Part shown: positions 22,541-34,034 of the stretch, in pieces
Position numbering within the stretch: the stretch's first letter is position 1
How the letters are laid out: every line of letters starts with the position of its first letter
From: Oopsacas minuta
Lineage: Eukaryota; Animalia; Porifera
Direction: 5' to 3'
Length of the DNA: 64,000 nt
Assembly: GCA_024704765.1 (NCBI GenBank)
Contig: JAKMXF010000210.1
Location: 558,001-622,000, forward strand
Notes under the pieces: generated by a model
Database searches by the model: none
Seen by the model: the letters and a program-made list of their open reading frames with translations, nothing else
Told to the model about the DNA's origin: nothing
Program-made: the position numbers and the translations under genes

Positions 22541-22757
22541 GTGAATTATACATCAACGTTGAATTTTAATTTATATTTATATTTTCTATCTTTACAAATA
22601 TTACATATTCCACAGTCAAAATGTATGGAAATATTAAATTGATTTTTTGAAGTAATTAACTTACTCAATAATAATCATTCATTTAAAGGTGTGAATGATG
22701 TGATGTCAAATATCGAATTCGGGCTAATTTAATACTATTTTTATAATTAGCAAATTG

Positions 22758-24047
22758 ATGGGAGCAAATAGCTTCATAAGCCTGGTAGGTGGTGTAATAT
22801 TAGCTCTCATCTTAGGAGGATATTTTGGACACCCTTATCTCCCTGCTCCCAAGCCCTTAGTATTCGCGATTGATCTCGGTACAACCTATTCTAGCGCTGC
22901 TGTCTTCCTGCCTGGCCAAGGGATAGTTGAGGTCATTTCTGTTCAAAAGGCTTCCAGCATTCCAAGCGTCGTAGCGGTAACTAAGAAAACTGTTCTAGTA
23001 GGATATCCCGCTCTTCAACAGATTGAGAAGAACCCCAGATACACGTTCTATGACGCTAAGAGGTTTATTGGGAAGAAAATATCAAAAGATGAGTTTGATA
23101 TAATCAGATCTCGCTACCTGTTTGATATGGATATTCTAGAAAGTTCTATTCAATTCAAATTACCGTCTATTAATCCACTTGACGCAATGAAAGAGTACAT
23201 GTCTCCTCAAGAAATGAGTTCTATAATAATCGACGAATTAAAATCTTCAGTTCAAGAGTACCTACAATTAACTAATCTGAATAAAGTAGTGTTAGCCTTG
23301 CCTGCCGAATTTGATGCAGAACAACGTGAAGCAACTATAGCAGCTGCGAATTTATCTAAACTGAATGTTCTTGCTGTTATAAGTGAGCCTACTGCTGCTG
23401 CTCTGGCCTACGGACTAGATAAGCAGAGTAAAGTGGGGTCTATAATAGTTATAGATCTTGGAGGAGGAACTCTTGACGTATCACTACTGGAGAAGAGAGC
23501 TGCTACATTCTACACTGTAGCTATTGCTGGTAATAATCATCTCGGGGGACAAGACTTCACTGACAGACTATCTAGGTTCGTATTATCTAAAATAGAGGAC
23601 AGAGAGTTGAGTAGTGAAGTTTTACAAGAAATTAAGAGAGAGTCTGAATTAGTAAAACTAATTCTGACTAATAAGACTACAGCTGAATTCCAATTGAACA
23701 CTGATGGAGTTAAGTTGAGGTTTGAAATAAGTAGGAAAGAATTTGAGAAGATGAATGAGGATCTATTTGATAAGATAACTGAACCTATTAGTGTAGTGTT
23801 AGATTTCGCAGAAATCACAACTGAAGCTGTTGACGAAGTTATTCTAGTAGGAGGTTCAACTAGAATCCCACGAGTGAGGGAACTCATAAGTTATTACTTC
23901 AAAGGGAAGAGACTTGACATCTCTGTAGACCCAGAACTAGCTGTGGTTAAAGGGGTAGCGTTACATGCAGGTGTGGTCAGTGGATCATGGCCTCTTAGAG
24001 TAGCAGCTATTGATGTACCTACTTCTGTTAAAAAGATTGAAATATAG
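22758..24047 (+). CDS. HSPA13: HSP70 family member 13 (STCH)
   Basis: N-terminal hydrophobic anchor, IDLGTTYS, VIDLGGGTLDVS, ILVGGSTRIP; ends after the ATPase domain. First ATG at 22758 (the track started at TTG). Confidence 0.92.
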   Translation: MGANSFISLVGGVILALILGGYFGHPYLPAPKPLVFAIDLGTTYSSAAVFLPGQGIVEVISVQKASSIPSVVAVTKKTVLVGYPALQQIEKNPRYTFYDAKRFIGKKISKDEFDIIRSRYLFDMDILESSIQFKLPSINPLDAMKEYMSPQEMSSIIIDELKSSVQEYLQLTNLNKVVLALPAEFDAEQREATIAAANLSKLNVLAVISEPTAAALAYGLDKQSKVGSIIVIDLGGGTLDVSLLEKRAATFYTVAIAGNNHLGGQDFTDRLSRFVLSKIEDRELSSEVLQEIKRESELVKLILTNKTTAEFQLNTDGVKLRFEISRKEFEKMNEDLFDKITEPISVVLDFAEITTEAVDEVILVGGSTRIPRVRELISYYFKGKRLDISVDPELAVVKGVALHAGVVSGSWPLRVAAIDVPTSVKKIEI

Positions 24048-26097
24048 AAGACAACTTTAATTGTTTGATCTATCTCACAGGTATAGATATATTGTATTTT
24101 GCTTGCTTTCGGTAAGATTGTTGTGTTTAATGATTTTTACAACCATAATGCCATTTGAATTTCTAGAAATCTGTCAATATTTTGTTGATTACATCACTCA
24201 ATTAATACAATGTATTTTGGCTGTATAGAATGTAGATATACTATCTATGGTTTGCATAACCTGTATTCTATCTAATTTGCTGATTATCCATTGTACTTTG
24301 AGTTAAAATTGTTGTGTAAGACTGTAAGTAATTACAAAGAACTCAAGAATAATTACCAATCTTTTGTGACCTTTATCGAATCTAATATAACGAAAGTTTA
24401 CTGTGTCAATTAATGATAGTTATTCTTTTTCTAAGAAACTAAGTTCAGCATGTTGTGTGTAGAATTCAGTAAAACAGAATTGTATATTCTAAGAATAAAT
24501 TGTGAGTTGTATTTTCTTATTTCCAGGTTAAAGATCAATTCACACCGAAATATTATCTTATTTTATTTTGACATAATCACTACTTACTAGTTCTAATCTG
24601 TATCAAATCCTGAAAGTGTTATTATTTGTTTATTGAAAATTATTCTGATAATAGTTAGGTTGCATTAAAGTATTTCTGCCACAAAAAGCCATTACAATAT
24701 GACATTAAATTATGAATTCTAGGCATTAACGTGATGAAGCACTGCAATCGATTTTGGAGAATTTTTACAATTAGCCATGAATATGCTAAATTAGTTAACT
24801 TAGGCCACTGAATGCCAAGATTGAAGTTCACAATCTTCTGGCATTACGATGTCATTATAAGTTGTAATCGAACATCAGCCTTACGAAATTCATATGAGAT
24901 ATCTCAGTGATGGTTCTGAATTCTCACTACAGGTTGGGAAATGGTGATCTGAAGGCATTGTTAATAAATAGTGAAATTCTCATTAAATATTGTTTATATT
25001 TTCTTTGAAGTGCTATTTTGAATCAAAACGCATTAATCGCTAATAATTGTAAAATGACATCGGTACTGGCTCATTTCTAACTTATTTTGTTTGTATCTTT
25101 ACAAGCTCCAGGCACACTAGTCATTGCATTCAAATATTAATTAGAGAGATAGTTTCCTAGAATATAGATGTTCCCAGCTCTACTCGGTGGTTTATCTTTA
25201 TCAAACAGGGTCAACAATTATGTGGTGTCAAAAAGTAATGGTTTCTAAGCAATATATTATATCGTTGCGACTTTCGTAACTGTCCTTCTATGTTATATTC
25301 ATTACCATATTGGTATTAATTTGGTTGAATTTAGTCAACCACATTTCAATTGAAGATTTTTTTGATATATTTATCTAGTCTGGTACAGTGATTGGAATTA
25401 ATTCTAACCTGTTTTTGAATATATTTTAGTTCCCCCAGGATTAGTTACTTGGACATTCAGGCAGATGACAGCTGGCTGCTAATTGTAACAAATGAACAAA
25501 TGCGGCAAAAAATTCATAAATTAAAATGTGATTATGTGCCGCTGACTGTACTAGTAAGACAAATAAGAGATTAGAGCCCTATCAATGCCTGTTTCTGAGT
25601 AATTAAATTACATTATCTGTATAGTACATAGTACTCGTGTCATATCAATCAAATCCTTACTTTACTATTCTTTCTTCCAATGCGCTGAATCCTGCAAACA
25701 ATCATTGGATGTGCTGCTTACTTCCTCGTGTTGCTTTCATGTAAGAATTCACTATACAATGAGTGTGAAATCTGGCTAATTGTGTGGATATTCATCAAAT
25801 CTACTGATTAAACCATACTGCATTCTCTAATACATTTAGAATGGTAATTTATTTCATTTATGACTTCTCCAAGAAAATCATATGAAATCTTAATGTGCAC
25901 ACCATCAGTGACTCATTGTCTTAAACAAATCATTGAGATATTATTGAACCCTAGGCAAGTTTCCCATAATTATATAATTATGTCCATTGGCTTTATTATG
26001 GCTCTACACAGGTGCTAATTATTATCACTATGTCACATTCATGTATAATTCATTAATAATGACAATTAAGTAAATTAGACCTGTCAGCTTATTGGCT

Positions 26098-27189
26098 ATG
26101 GGAATTAGAAAGCGTGCCCGCGCGCTTGTTCTCACCATACTCTCTCTCACGAGGAATCCGAACACAACCCAGCTAGAGTCCTGCATGAACTGTATGGACC
26201 CCTGTCTCAAAGTGTTCGAGAAGCTTATCCTTGTGATTGGTCCTGTCTGTGTGTTACTGGTAATGTTAGGGGTTTCATTTGTAGTATACACCATGTATTG
26301 CTATATTGTACCAATCCTCCAGAAGAGACATCCTATTATTTTCTTCTCAGAGGTGCTCTATGGTCACTGGCTGTTAGTTAATGTTGTGTTTCATTACTAT
26401 AAGGGCGTAATGACCAAACCTGGCTCTCCACTGCCAGCGCAGCGTATTGACGAATCTCTTCTGGAAGATGGCTGGAGTATTTGTAAAAAGTGTGATCAGC
26501 CGCGGCCAGCTAGAGCTCACCACTGCAGACTCTGTGGGGTTTGTGTGTTGAAAATGGATCATCACTGTCCCTGGCTTAACAATTGTGTTGGACATTACAA
26601 TCATAGACATTTCATGCTATTCATAATCTATATTTGGCAAGCAGTATTGTTTGTTATGTGTACTTCTGGAAATTATGCACTGAGCGTGATGGTTGGCTCT
26701 CGCAGTCTCGCTCACTGGCTTCTTTCAGAAACTCCTTTCAGATTCATTTTGGCACTTTTTGCCACCAATCCAGAGCTACATACCAGAACCATAGGAGAGG
26801 TAACTATGGTAATGTTACTGTTCTTCATATGCTTTGGAGTTTGGATCGGTTTAACAATTCTTGGAGGGTGGCATCTATATCTCATCTCTAATGCAGAGAC
26901 CTCTATCGAATGGAATGACAACCGTATTATGTCAATGGAATTCTCCCGTAGGGGCAAAGTATTCGTTAACCCATACAATTACGGGCTTAAGAACAATTGG
27001 AAACTATTCTTAGGTTTGGTCCATAACAGAAACATATTTCGTCACGTCCTCCTCCCTTCTGGGCACCCCCCAGCTGGTAGTGGTTCCAACTGGAAGTTGG
27101 GCTACCTTGTTAAAGCTCCAGAGCCTGTACAGCCTCGTCAAGGTTATCAAACAACTACAGACAATAATGGAAAAGTATTTCCTGTTTAA
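26098..27189 (+). CDS. ZDHHC16: Palmitoyltransferase ZDHHC16-like
   Basis: DHHC-CRD (CKKCDQPRPARAHHCRLCGVCVLKMDHHCPW), YGHWLLVNVVFHYY, NPYNYGLKNNWKLFLG. First ATG at 26098. Confidence 0.85.
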   Translation: MGIRKRARALVLTILSLTRNPNTTQLESCMNCMDPCLKVFEKLILVIGPVCVLLVMLGVSFVVYTMYCYIVPILQKRHPIIFFSEVLYGHWLLVNVVFHYYKGVMTKPGSPLPAQRIDESLLEDGWSICKKCDQPRPARAHHCRLCGVCVLKMDHHCPWLNNCVGHYNHRHFMLFIIYIWQAVLFVMCTSGNYALSVMVGSRSLAHWLLSETPFRFILALFATNPELHTRTIGEVTMVMLLFFICFGVWIGLTILGGWHLYLISNAETSIEWNDNRIMSMEFSRRGKVFVNPYNYGLKNNWKLFLGLVHNRNIFRHVLLPSGHPPAGSGSNWKLGYLVKAPEPVQPRQGYQTTTDNNGKVFPV

Positions 27190-27617
27190 GTTGTGTTCAT
27201 TGAATGCATTGTCAATGCTATTGTTTGTTTATTAACTAATTGCAGTGATGGCTAGAAATGTTTAACTGATTTAATTCATTTATATTTTTATATTTTATAA
27301 CCTAAATCATCTGGTCAAGAGATTATTTTAATTTTTATCTCTTAAGAATGCTCTGACATCTTTACAATATGCATCTTCATAATATGGATATTCATGTTAG
27401 GAATTACATAGCCTCTTGATATGTATAGTTATTTTGACGTTCTCCCTCCCTCATTTGTTATTGTATAGTAAACACTACATTTCTCGCCAATTACTTATCA
27501 TTTAATACATTCGTTGCAACATTGAGATTCCGCATGATTTTGTACTTGCTTATTGACAACTAAACCAGTTGTGACTTTCAATTGTGATACATACATAAAG
27601 CTTGTTAATTAATTAAT

Positions 27618-30464
27618 ATGGCTAATGTGATGACTCAAAAACTTCACAGTCATGAAGTTCCAAATAAAACCGCAATTAATCGGCAGGAAGCTAATAATGC
27701 AATAATCTCACTCAATAAATATTTTCGTTCCCCTAACATCAGTGAACAGTGTGAAGCTATAGTCAGACTTGGGCCAATAATATCCTCCTATCCATTTCCG
27801 TCAATTGTGAACACAGCTTTTCATAAGCTCGCAGATATTTACTCAAAATGTTCCAACACACTAAGAATTGCTATTCTCCAAGTATTCGATCAGTGGGCTG
27901 AGCATTTTAATAAGATATCAATGTTGGATGAATTCTATCGTAAAATATTTGGTGTGTCTGTGACCACTGATCCTGTGGCTCGCGCGATCACCTTACGCGT
28001 ACTAGGGCATATTTCTAGAATTTTCCCTGAGAAGAAGAATGCTCATCGCTTTATCCATCTATCTTTTGATTCCACGTACAAAGAAGAGGTTATTGCAGCT
28101 ATTTTCGCTGCCAATTGCTTTTGTGAGCACTCACAGACGTTTTGTGCCGGTGTATGCCCGCGGTTAATCGAGATGATCCAGGAGATATCTACTCCCATTG
28201 ACGTCAAGCTTGAACTCCTGAGGGTATTCGAGCACATGGGACATGATCCAGAAACTGCGTTACAAGTTAAGAATTTCTGCGTACAAATGTTGCATAGTTA
28301 TTCTTCGAAAGACTTCACATCAACTTTACTGAATACAATCACTAAGCTCAGTATAAAATCGATGTTACTTGTTGTGGATAATCTCGCTATTCTTTGCAAT
28401 ATTTCCTTACAAGATACTCGTAAATCAATTCAACTTGTTTGCTGTAAGAATCTACAACTTTTAGCCCAAAATGCATCGCATCTATGGAATAAGGAGAGTA
28501 TGTCTAATCTACTGAAATTAGCAGAAATGACTCCACATAGCATAATTCGTGCAGAAGCTCTCTTTGTAATATTCAGACTTGCTCAAGTGGACTTTATGGA
28601 TACTTTATTTGATGAGTTAAACATATTTGAGCGTTGTTCTACTCTAGCATACCACAAGGACATACGAGTATGCTTATCTGCATGTAAGGTATTAGTCGAA
28701 GTAGTCACACGAAAATATGAGATAGGAAATTATCAGTCAAATGACAATGCTAGTTTACAGAGTTTAGTAGACCAGACTGATTCTAGAGTTGTCCCTTTGT
28801 TTGGTATTATGTTTATAGACGAAGAGTCTTCTGAATTTATAAAGAGTAGTATTATATCTCTTGCCCAGAGGTTATCTCAGATCAACCAATTATTTGCACA
28901 GCGATTGTCCTCTGTCATTTCTACTACTTTATCAAATCTACCTACTCCATGTGAAAAATCAGAAGCTCTTTACAGAACATTGACTGTAATTTTAGTATCT
29001 TCTTCGCTAGATTTATCTCATCTCATTCCATTGCTTATTTCTCATTTAGAGAGTACAGAAACTCTTCAATACATTTTCTCAATAATTCACTTGTTAATGC
29101 TAATACATTATGCTCCTCTTAATCTCTCCACCAGATCCTCTTTCAGAATTGATGTGCTCCCTGTGATTATCCGCGTATTGAATAGCCTGGAACATCCTAA
29201 CAAATTATGGTTTCAATATAGGATAGCTAAGCTAGCTCTCACCAATAATTTCCATGAACTGTCTTTGCCTATAATTTCCTCTCTCTCAAGACTTCCCACT
29301 ACAGAACAATACCGTATATTCTTTCAATCAATTGCTGCATTTAGTCGGGCTGAGACCCTGCTAATGGTTTCTTGTGACTCTATAGAGGTTAACCACCATA
29401 TGGAAATAGATAACGAGTCATATGATGGGACATTATGTTCATTTGATCCTTCAATTCTCCTTAATGTAATTAAACTATATTGTTGTGGCATTTCTAGTCT
29501 GCAAACTTGTCGCACTCTCCCTAATAGAGAATTTTGGGAGTGTTTTCTCCAGTTGCGTAGTGACCTGCTGTCATTTCTGCATCAAGTCCTAATAGCTTGC
29601 AATCAGATAAGACTAATGCCTCGCTCTACCCTGTCACAGCCTGATAGAACTGTTCAAATATTCAATAAGTGTATAAAGAAGATATCCATCTCTCTTGATC
29701 TTCTGCAGGAGTGTAGATATAGAAGTTTTAGCGCTGATTCATCCACTCTCTCATATCTAAATATTATAGAACTCTCTTATAACACCCTTGTCATGCTTAT
29801 CCGTAAGATTATCCTTAAAGAAGATTATAATCTGCAATTAATTAGAGATAAGTTACTGAAAGCCCCTAAACTAAAGTTCCTCAGACAATACACGGATCTA
29901 TGTGAAGTCAGTCTAACTCACCTCTCCAAAAACTTACATTTTATTAATGATCCAGTTTCTCATCAACATATTAATTTTATTAAAACTTTCTGTTTTTCTC
30001 TAATTGTTACACCATTCTATTTCCCTCTCTACTTCTTCCACTGCAGACATAATCTTCAGATTCAATTGTCTTTCTCAAACTTGCCAGAGAAACCACAGGA
30101 CCCCATCACTTTGTCCCTTGACACTAGTTTGTCATTCTCAGTTGAAGGAATTATCTCTGAAAAACAGGTCGCCAGCTCATCACAGAAGATAAAGGGGGTT
30201 ACGGTGAAGACACATGTGCGTCCAGATAATAATTCAGTTCGTTCTAGTCCCTCTCCAAATACACAAACTTTAACGAAACAGGCTGATCTCCAGCAAGATA
30301 ATTTTAATGCTTCCTTCCTTATTCACTTTACACATCCGAGCCATTATTATCTTGACATATCAGTTCATCTAGTTGATGAAGATGGTACCACGTGGTTAGC
30401 TACCAATTTAGACTCAAAGCCTCCTCAATGGAGAGTTCTCTATGCAATAGAGGATAACCCATGA
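27618..30464 (+). CDS. INTS7: Integrator complex subunit 7
   Basis: N-terminal EQCEAIVRL...YPFPSIVNTAFHKLADIY, DPVARAITLRVLG and helical repeats; 948 aa. Confidence 0.92.
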   Translation: MANVMTQKLHSHEVPNKTAINRQEANNAIISLNKYFRSPNISEQCEAIVRLGPIISSYPFPSIVNTAFHKLADIYSKCSNTLRIAILQVFDQWAEHFNKISMLDEFYRKIFGVSVTTDPVARAITLRVLGHISRIFPEKKNAHRFIHLSFDSTYKEEVIAAIFAANCFCEHSQTFCAGVCPRLIEMIQEISTPIDVKLELLRVFEHMGHDPETALQVKNFCVQMLHSYSSKDFTSTLLNTITKLSIKSMLLVVDNLAILCNISLQDTRKSIQLVCCKNLQLLAQNASHLWNKESMSNLLKLAEMTPHSIIRAEALFVIFRLAQVDFMDTLFDELNIFERCSTLAYHKDIRVCLSACKVLVEVVTRKYEIGNYQSNDNASLQSLVDQTDSRVVPLFGIMFIDEESSEFIKSSIISLAQRLSQINQLFAQRLSSVISTTLSNLPTPCEKSEALYRTLTVILVSSSLDLSHLIPLLISHLESTETLQYIFSIIHLLMLIHYAPLNLSTRSSFRIDVLPVIIRVLNSLEHPNKLWFQYRIAKLALTNNFHELSLPIISSLSRLPTTEQYRIFFQSIAAFSRAETLLMVSCDSIEVNHHMEIDNESYDGTLCSFDPSILLNVIKLYCCGISSLQTCRTLPNREFWECFLQLRSDLLSFLHQVLIACNQIRLMPRSTLSQPDRTVQIFNKCIKKISISLDLLQECRYRSFSADSSTLSYLNIIELSYNTLVMLIRKIILKEDYNLQLIRDKLLKAPKLKFLRQYTDLCEVSLTHLSKNLHFINDPVSHQHINFIKTFCFSLIVTPFYFPLYFFHCRHNLQIQLSFSNLPEKPQDPITLSLDTSLSFSVEGIISEKQVASSSQKIKGVTVKTHVRPDNNSVRSSPSPNTQTLTKQADLQQDNFNASFLIHFTHPSHYYLDISVHLVDEDGTTWLATNLDSKPPQWRVLYAIEDNP

Positions 30465-31440
30465 TTAGCTATATTCCTTACGTATGAAATTATAGGTTGA
30501 TCAGTGGGAGTTGCATCTCTTTGCAATCTCATTGAAATCTGAAAATCGTTTAGCTGTTATTAATACGTATCTTGGTTAATATTTATTTACGTATTGAGTG
30601 CACGTACTGCATCATTAGATTTGATCAGCCCTCTCAATACAGCTAAGCTGATTAATGAAATTAGTGCTTTTCACAAATTCTTATAAAGCACTTTTAACAC
30701 TTTCTATTATTTGTTAAATAATTTGTTATTTGATCCAACATGTGATGGTCTTTGCACGGACAGTATATTTAGTCTAATTTAATATTCTAATTATGCTACA
30801 TTAGAAATCTACTGGATATACCATTTCATATATTATTGAAAGTCATTGAGCAGTCTTAGCAGGGGTTAAGTATGGTAGAACTACTATCACTGATTGAAAA
30901 TCAAGTTAAATGCCTTAAATTATACTTCGTATCGAATAACAATTAGTTTCTAAAAGGCAGGCAACAGGCTAGTCATCACAGACAATGAGTTTCTTAGCAT
31001 GTACTAGGCGCAAAAGGCGACATGCACTAGGCGCAATAGGTCAGTATATGTTCTTCATGCAGACGTAAACTTGCCTGTATTAACCTGCCTCTTATTCCTA
31101 ATTTTAGTATTAGGTTTCCAGTGCCATCTCTGTACAATTATTATCGTTGTTACAGAGTTGTGCTAATTAGCTTGATCAGTTGTATGAATCTATTTTACAC
31201 TAGTTTGTAAGGACATATCTAGTTGTAGTGACTTTCTCTCTGCTAATCCAATCGATATTACGGATTCCCCTAAAGCATGGCAACTATTGCTACTTAGAAA
31301 TGTATTGTTATCAATGAATACATAGCACATTATTACGCTAATTGGTTGGTAATTGTTCAACAAGTTAACATTCGCAGAGTTAACATTCTCAGAGTTAATA
31401 ATCTATTGATTAATTATCTTAATTAAAAAAAGGCTGTGAG

Positions 31441-32172
31441 ATGTATAACCTTATTCAAAGGTTGAGACTTCTCACTGCTTATAGACATTATTGTAATGTA
31501 GATTGCTCTGCGATTAATTCTTGTTTGTTTTACACCAGAATACCTTACCGAATATCGTATCAATCTATGGCTCAATCGAAGAGTGCTATCCCACAGGTCG
31601 TGTTTGTATTAGGACCACCAGGCTCTGGGAAGGGTACACAGTGTGCTAAACTTGTTGAAGAGTTTAAGTTCACTCATTTGTCTGCTGGAGAATTGCTACG
31701 AGGAGAGATCACGAAGGGTTCAAAGGACGGTGCTCTTATACAGAAATTGATGGATGAGGGTAAAATAGTGCCTGTAGACATTACTTGCCGTTTGTTATAT
31801 AACTCTATGCAAGAGAGCTCTTCTAATAGATTCTTGATTGACGGATTTCCAAGAAATAAGGATAATGTTGATGGATGGGAACGTATAGTTGGTGATAAAG
31901 CTGACGTTAAATTCTGTCTGTTCCTGGACTGTCCAAAGGAGGTGTGTCTCTCTCGGATAATGTCTAGGCACGAAGGACGTACTGATGATACACCAGAGAA
32001 GTTCAAATTAAGGATTGACACATATTTCAAAGAAACAGTTCCAATAATTGAACATTTTGGTACAATTAATAAACTCCGTTCTATTCCAAGTGACCGTACT
32101 ATTGAACATGTGTATGCTGATGTAAAGACTGCTATCGGATCGGAATTCGAAATTGGGAAGTTCGAGCCTTGA
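31441..32172 (+). CDS. CMPK1: UMP-CMP kinase
   Basis: VVFVLGPPGSGKGTQC, HLSAGELLR, GKIVPVDIT, FLIDGFPRN. Alternative start at 31567 (MAQSK). Confidence 0.95.
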   Translation: MYNLIQRLRLLTAYRHYCNVDCSAINSCLFYTRIPYRISYQSMAQSKSAIPQVVFVLGPPGSGKGTQCAKLVEEFKFTHLSAGELLRGEITKGSKDGALIQKLMDEGKIVPVDITCRLLYNSMQESSSNRFLIDGFPRNKDNVDGWERIVGDKADVKFCLFLDCPKEVCLSRIMSRHEGRTDDTPEKFKLRIDTYFKETVPIIEHFGTINKLRSIPSDRTIEHVYADVKTAIGSEFEIGKFEP

Positions 32173-34034
32173 AATTACCTTGAGTAGTAATGCTAGATAA
32201 TATATTGCTTTAGTAATTCTGTATTAGTTACATTGTATTCAATGAGAAGTTGTATATGACAATTTCCTAGACATTATACGCATTTGCATTAAATATTGAA
32301 CTACGTAACTGTGAAACAAACATATATGCTACCTTTCTCAATTTCAATTGTATACATTTCCATAATTAATGATGAGGTCCTCTATAGGTTATAATGTATA
32401 GTGTTATTGAATTTGTGAATTTTGTGTCTTCTAATTTCCTTACCCCTAAATCTGTATTGTTCTGTTTTTAGCTTAGTTATCCTAAAACCAATTGAAACTT
32501 TATATCTGGGAAAATTGAGATCCTATTGATCCTCCTTTGACCCCTAGAGGTATATAGATATTGTTTCATTTATCCTTCCTTTGTTGTGCTTACATAATCT
32601 TAGTTTGGATAGCTCTTAATTACACGTTATACTCTGCAACTCCTTCCCTGGGCGTGAGTACTGTAAACACAAAAGGTAACTAAGTGTTGTTCTTCCTTTC
32701 TCTACTGTGAGATTGTTCAATTTGTTTAAGCAAGCTATAATTAAACTCTTATTTAAAGGTTAATTAAACAGTTTTGACTCTAAAGGATTTACCCACTCAT
32801 GTTTTACTTCCAGTGATTCAGTCATCATGATTATATTTCAATACAGCACTTTTATGCAAAGATAAATTATCAATAGCAATTTTCGAATGTTTCTCCGTTC
32901 AATTTAAGTATTATGACCATCATAGCTTGATCTTCTGACAAGCATTTTATTAATTATTCAGATCTTGTATGTTGCTTACAGAATATGCCTTCAAAATCTG
33001 ATTTAATGAAATTTTATATTAAAGTTATTGGAATTCATTAAATATTATAAACTAAGCTAACAAACTTTGCTAGAAGTCAATATAGTATATTTCCTTTCTA
33101 TAATCATTATTGGTAATTAGTTCATTGGAATAATTATATTTATTAATTGTCTACTGTCGCATTCTTAAATAATCATAGGGGCAAACCTTCCCGCTACGAA
33201 GCAGGATGCGTTAGTATGCAAAAATTAATCATACCTACTAATAATTTTATTGTAAAATCATCCCTTGATACTTTGTTGATAATTTCTGCGAAGTTGTGAT
33301 TCTAATATTACATATGACCTCCCTCAATTTTGTATAGTGTATTGTGAGTTTAGCTATTACTTGATTATGTATTTCTAATTAGAGGTCGATAAACCAAGCC
33401 TGATCTATATACTAGATATTTACTCCATCCTTAGGGTGGTGCTAAAAGTAATCAAGAAAGTCATCTTAATATCATGATAATATTATTATAGTAAATACAC
33501 ACTCTATCCCTCCCCTTTGCCTGATATCAGGTTATTAATTGGATTTATCTATACAGCTCATATACTAGTCTGGTTCGAAATTAGAACCGCCTTGCGTGAG
33601 ATACGTAATATTGCCAGTTTTAATATTGTTTTTCTGAGGACTCATTCTGATTTGATTTCTAAGCACATGCTTACTTTTGCCATGTTGTAATATATGAATT
33701 ATATACTGACAAATTATATTTATAATTTATAGTGACGTAAGAATTCAATTACTTTTTAAAACAAGATTTGACCTCTTGCGAGACAAGATAAGGTTGTATT
33801 TATAGAATTTTATGATAAAGGTGGATATTTAATGCTTATGTGAAGTTTTCCAGTGCCATCTGAAATTGTGACTTAAAATCACGATTGCTCGTACAAGTAA
33901 GCAGTAATTCTATTTTGATTATATCCACTTGCGAATACTCACATTACTGTAGCATTTATACTAATATACTGTATCTTAATATTCACAATTACAATGATGT
34001 ATCATTTTAGACTGAACACTACAGTTATACTAAC

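Noticed and set aside
24811-24846. Small bulged hairpin AATGCCAAGATTG...CAATCTTCTGGCATT
   Set aside because: Only 13 bp with a bulge, and no Helitron CTRR end or other context.
25720-25800. Possible minus-strand exon (MNIHTISQ...NTR followed by gtaagc)
   Set aside because: No in-frame downstream exon could be found.
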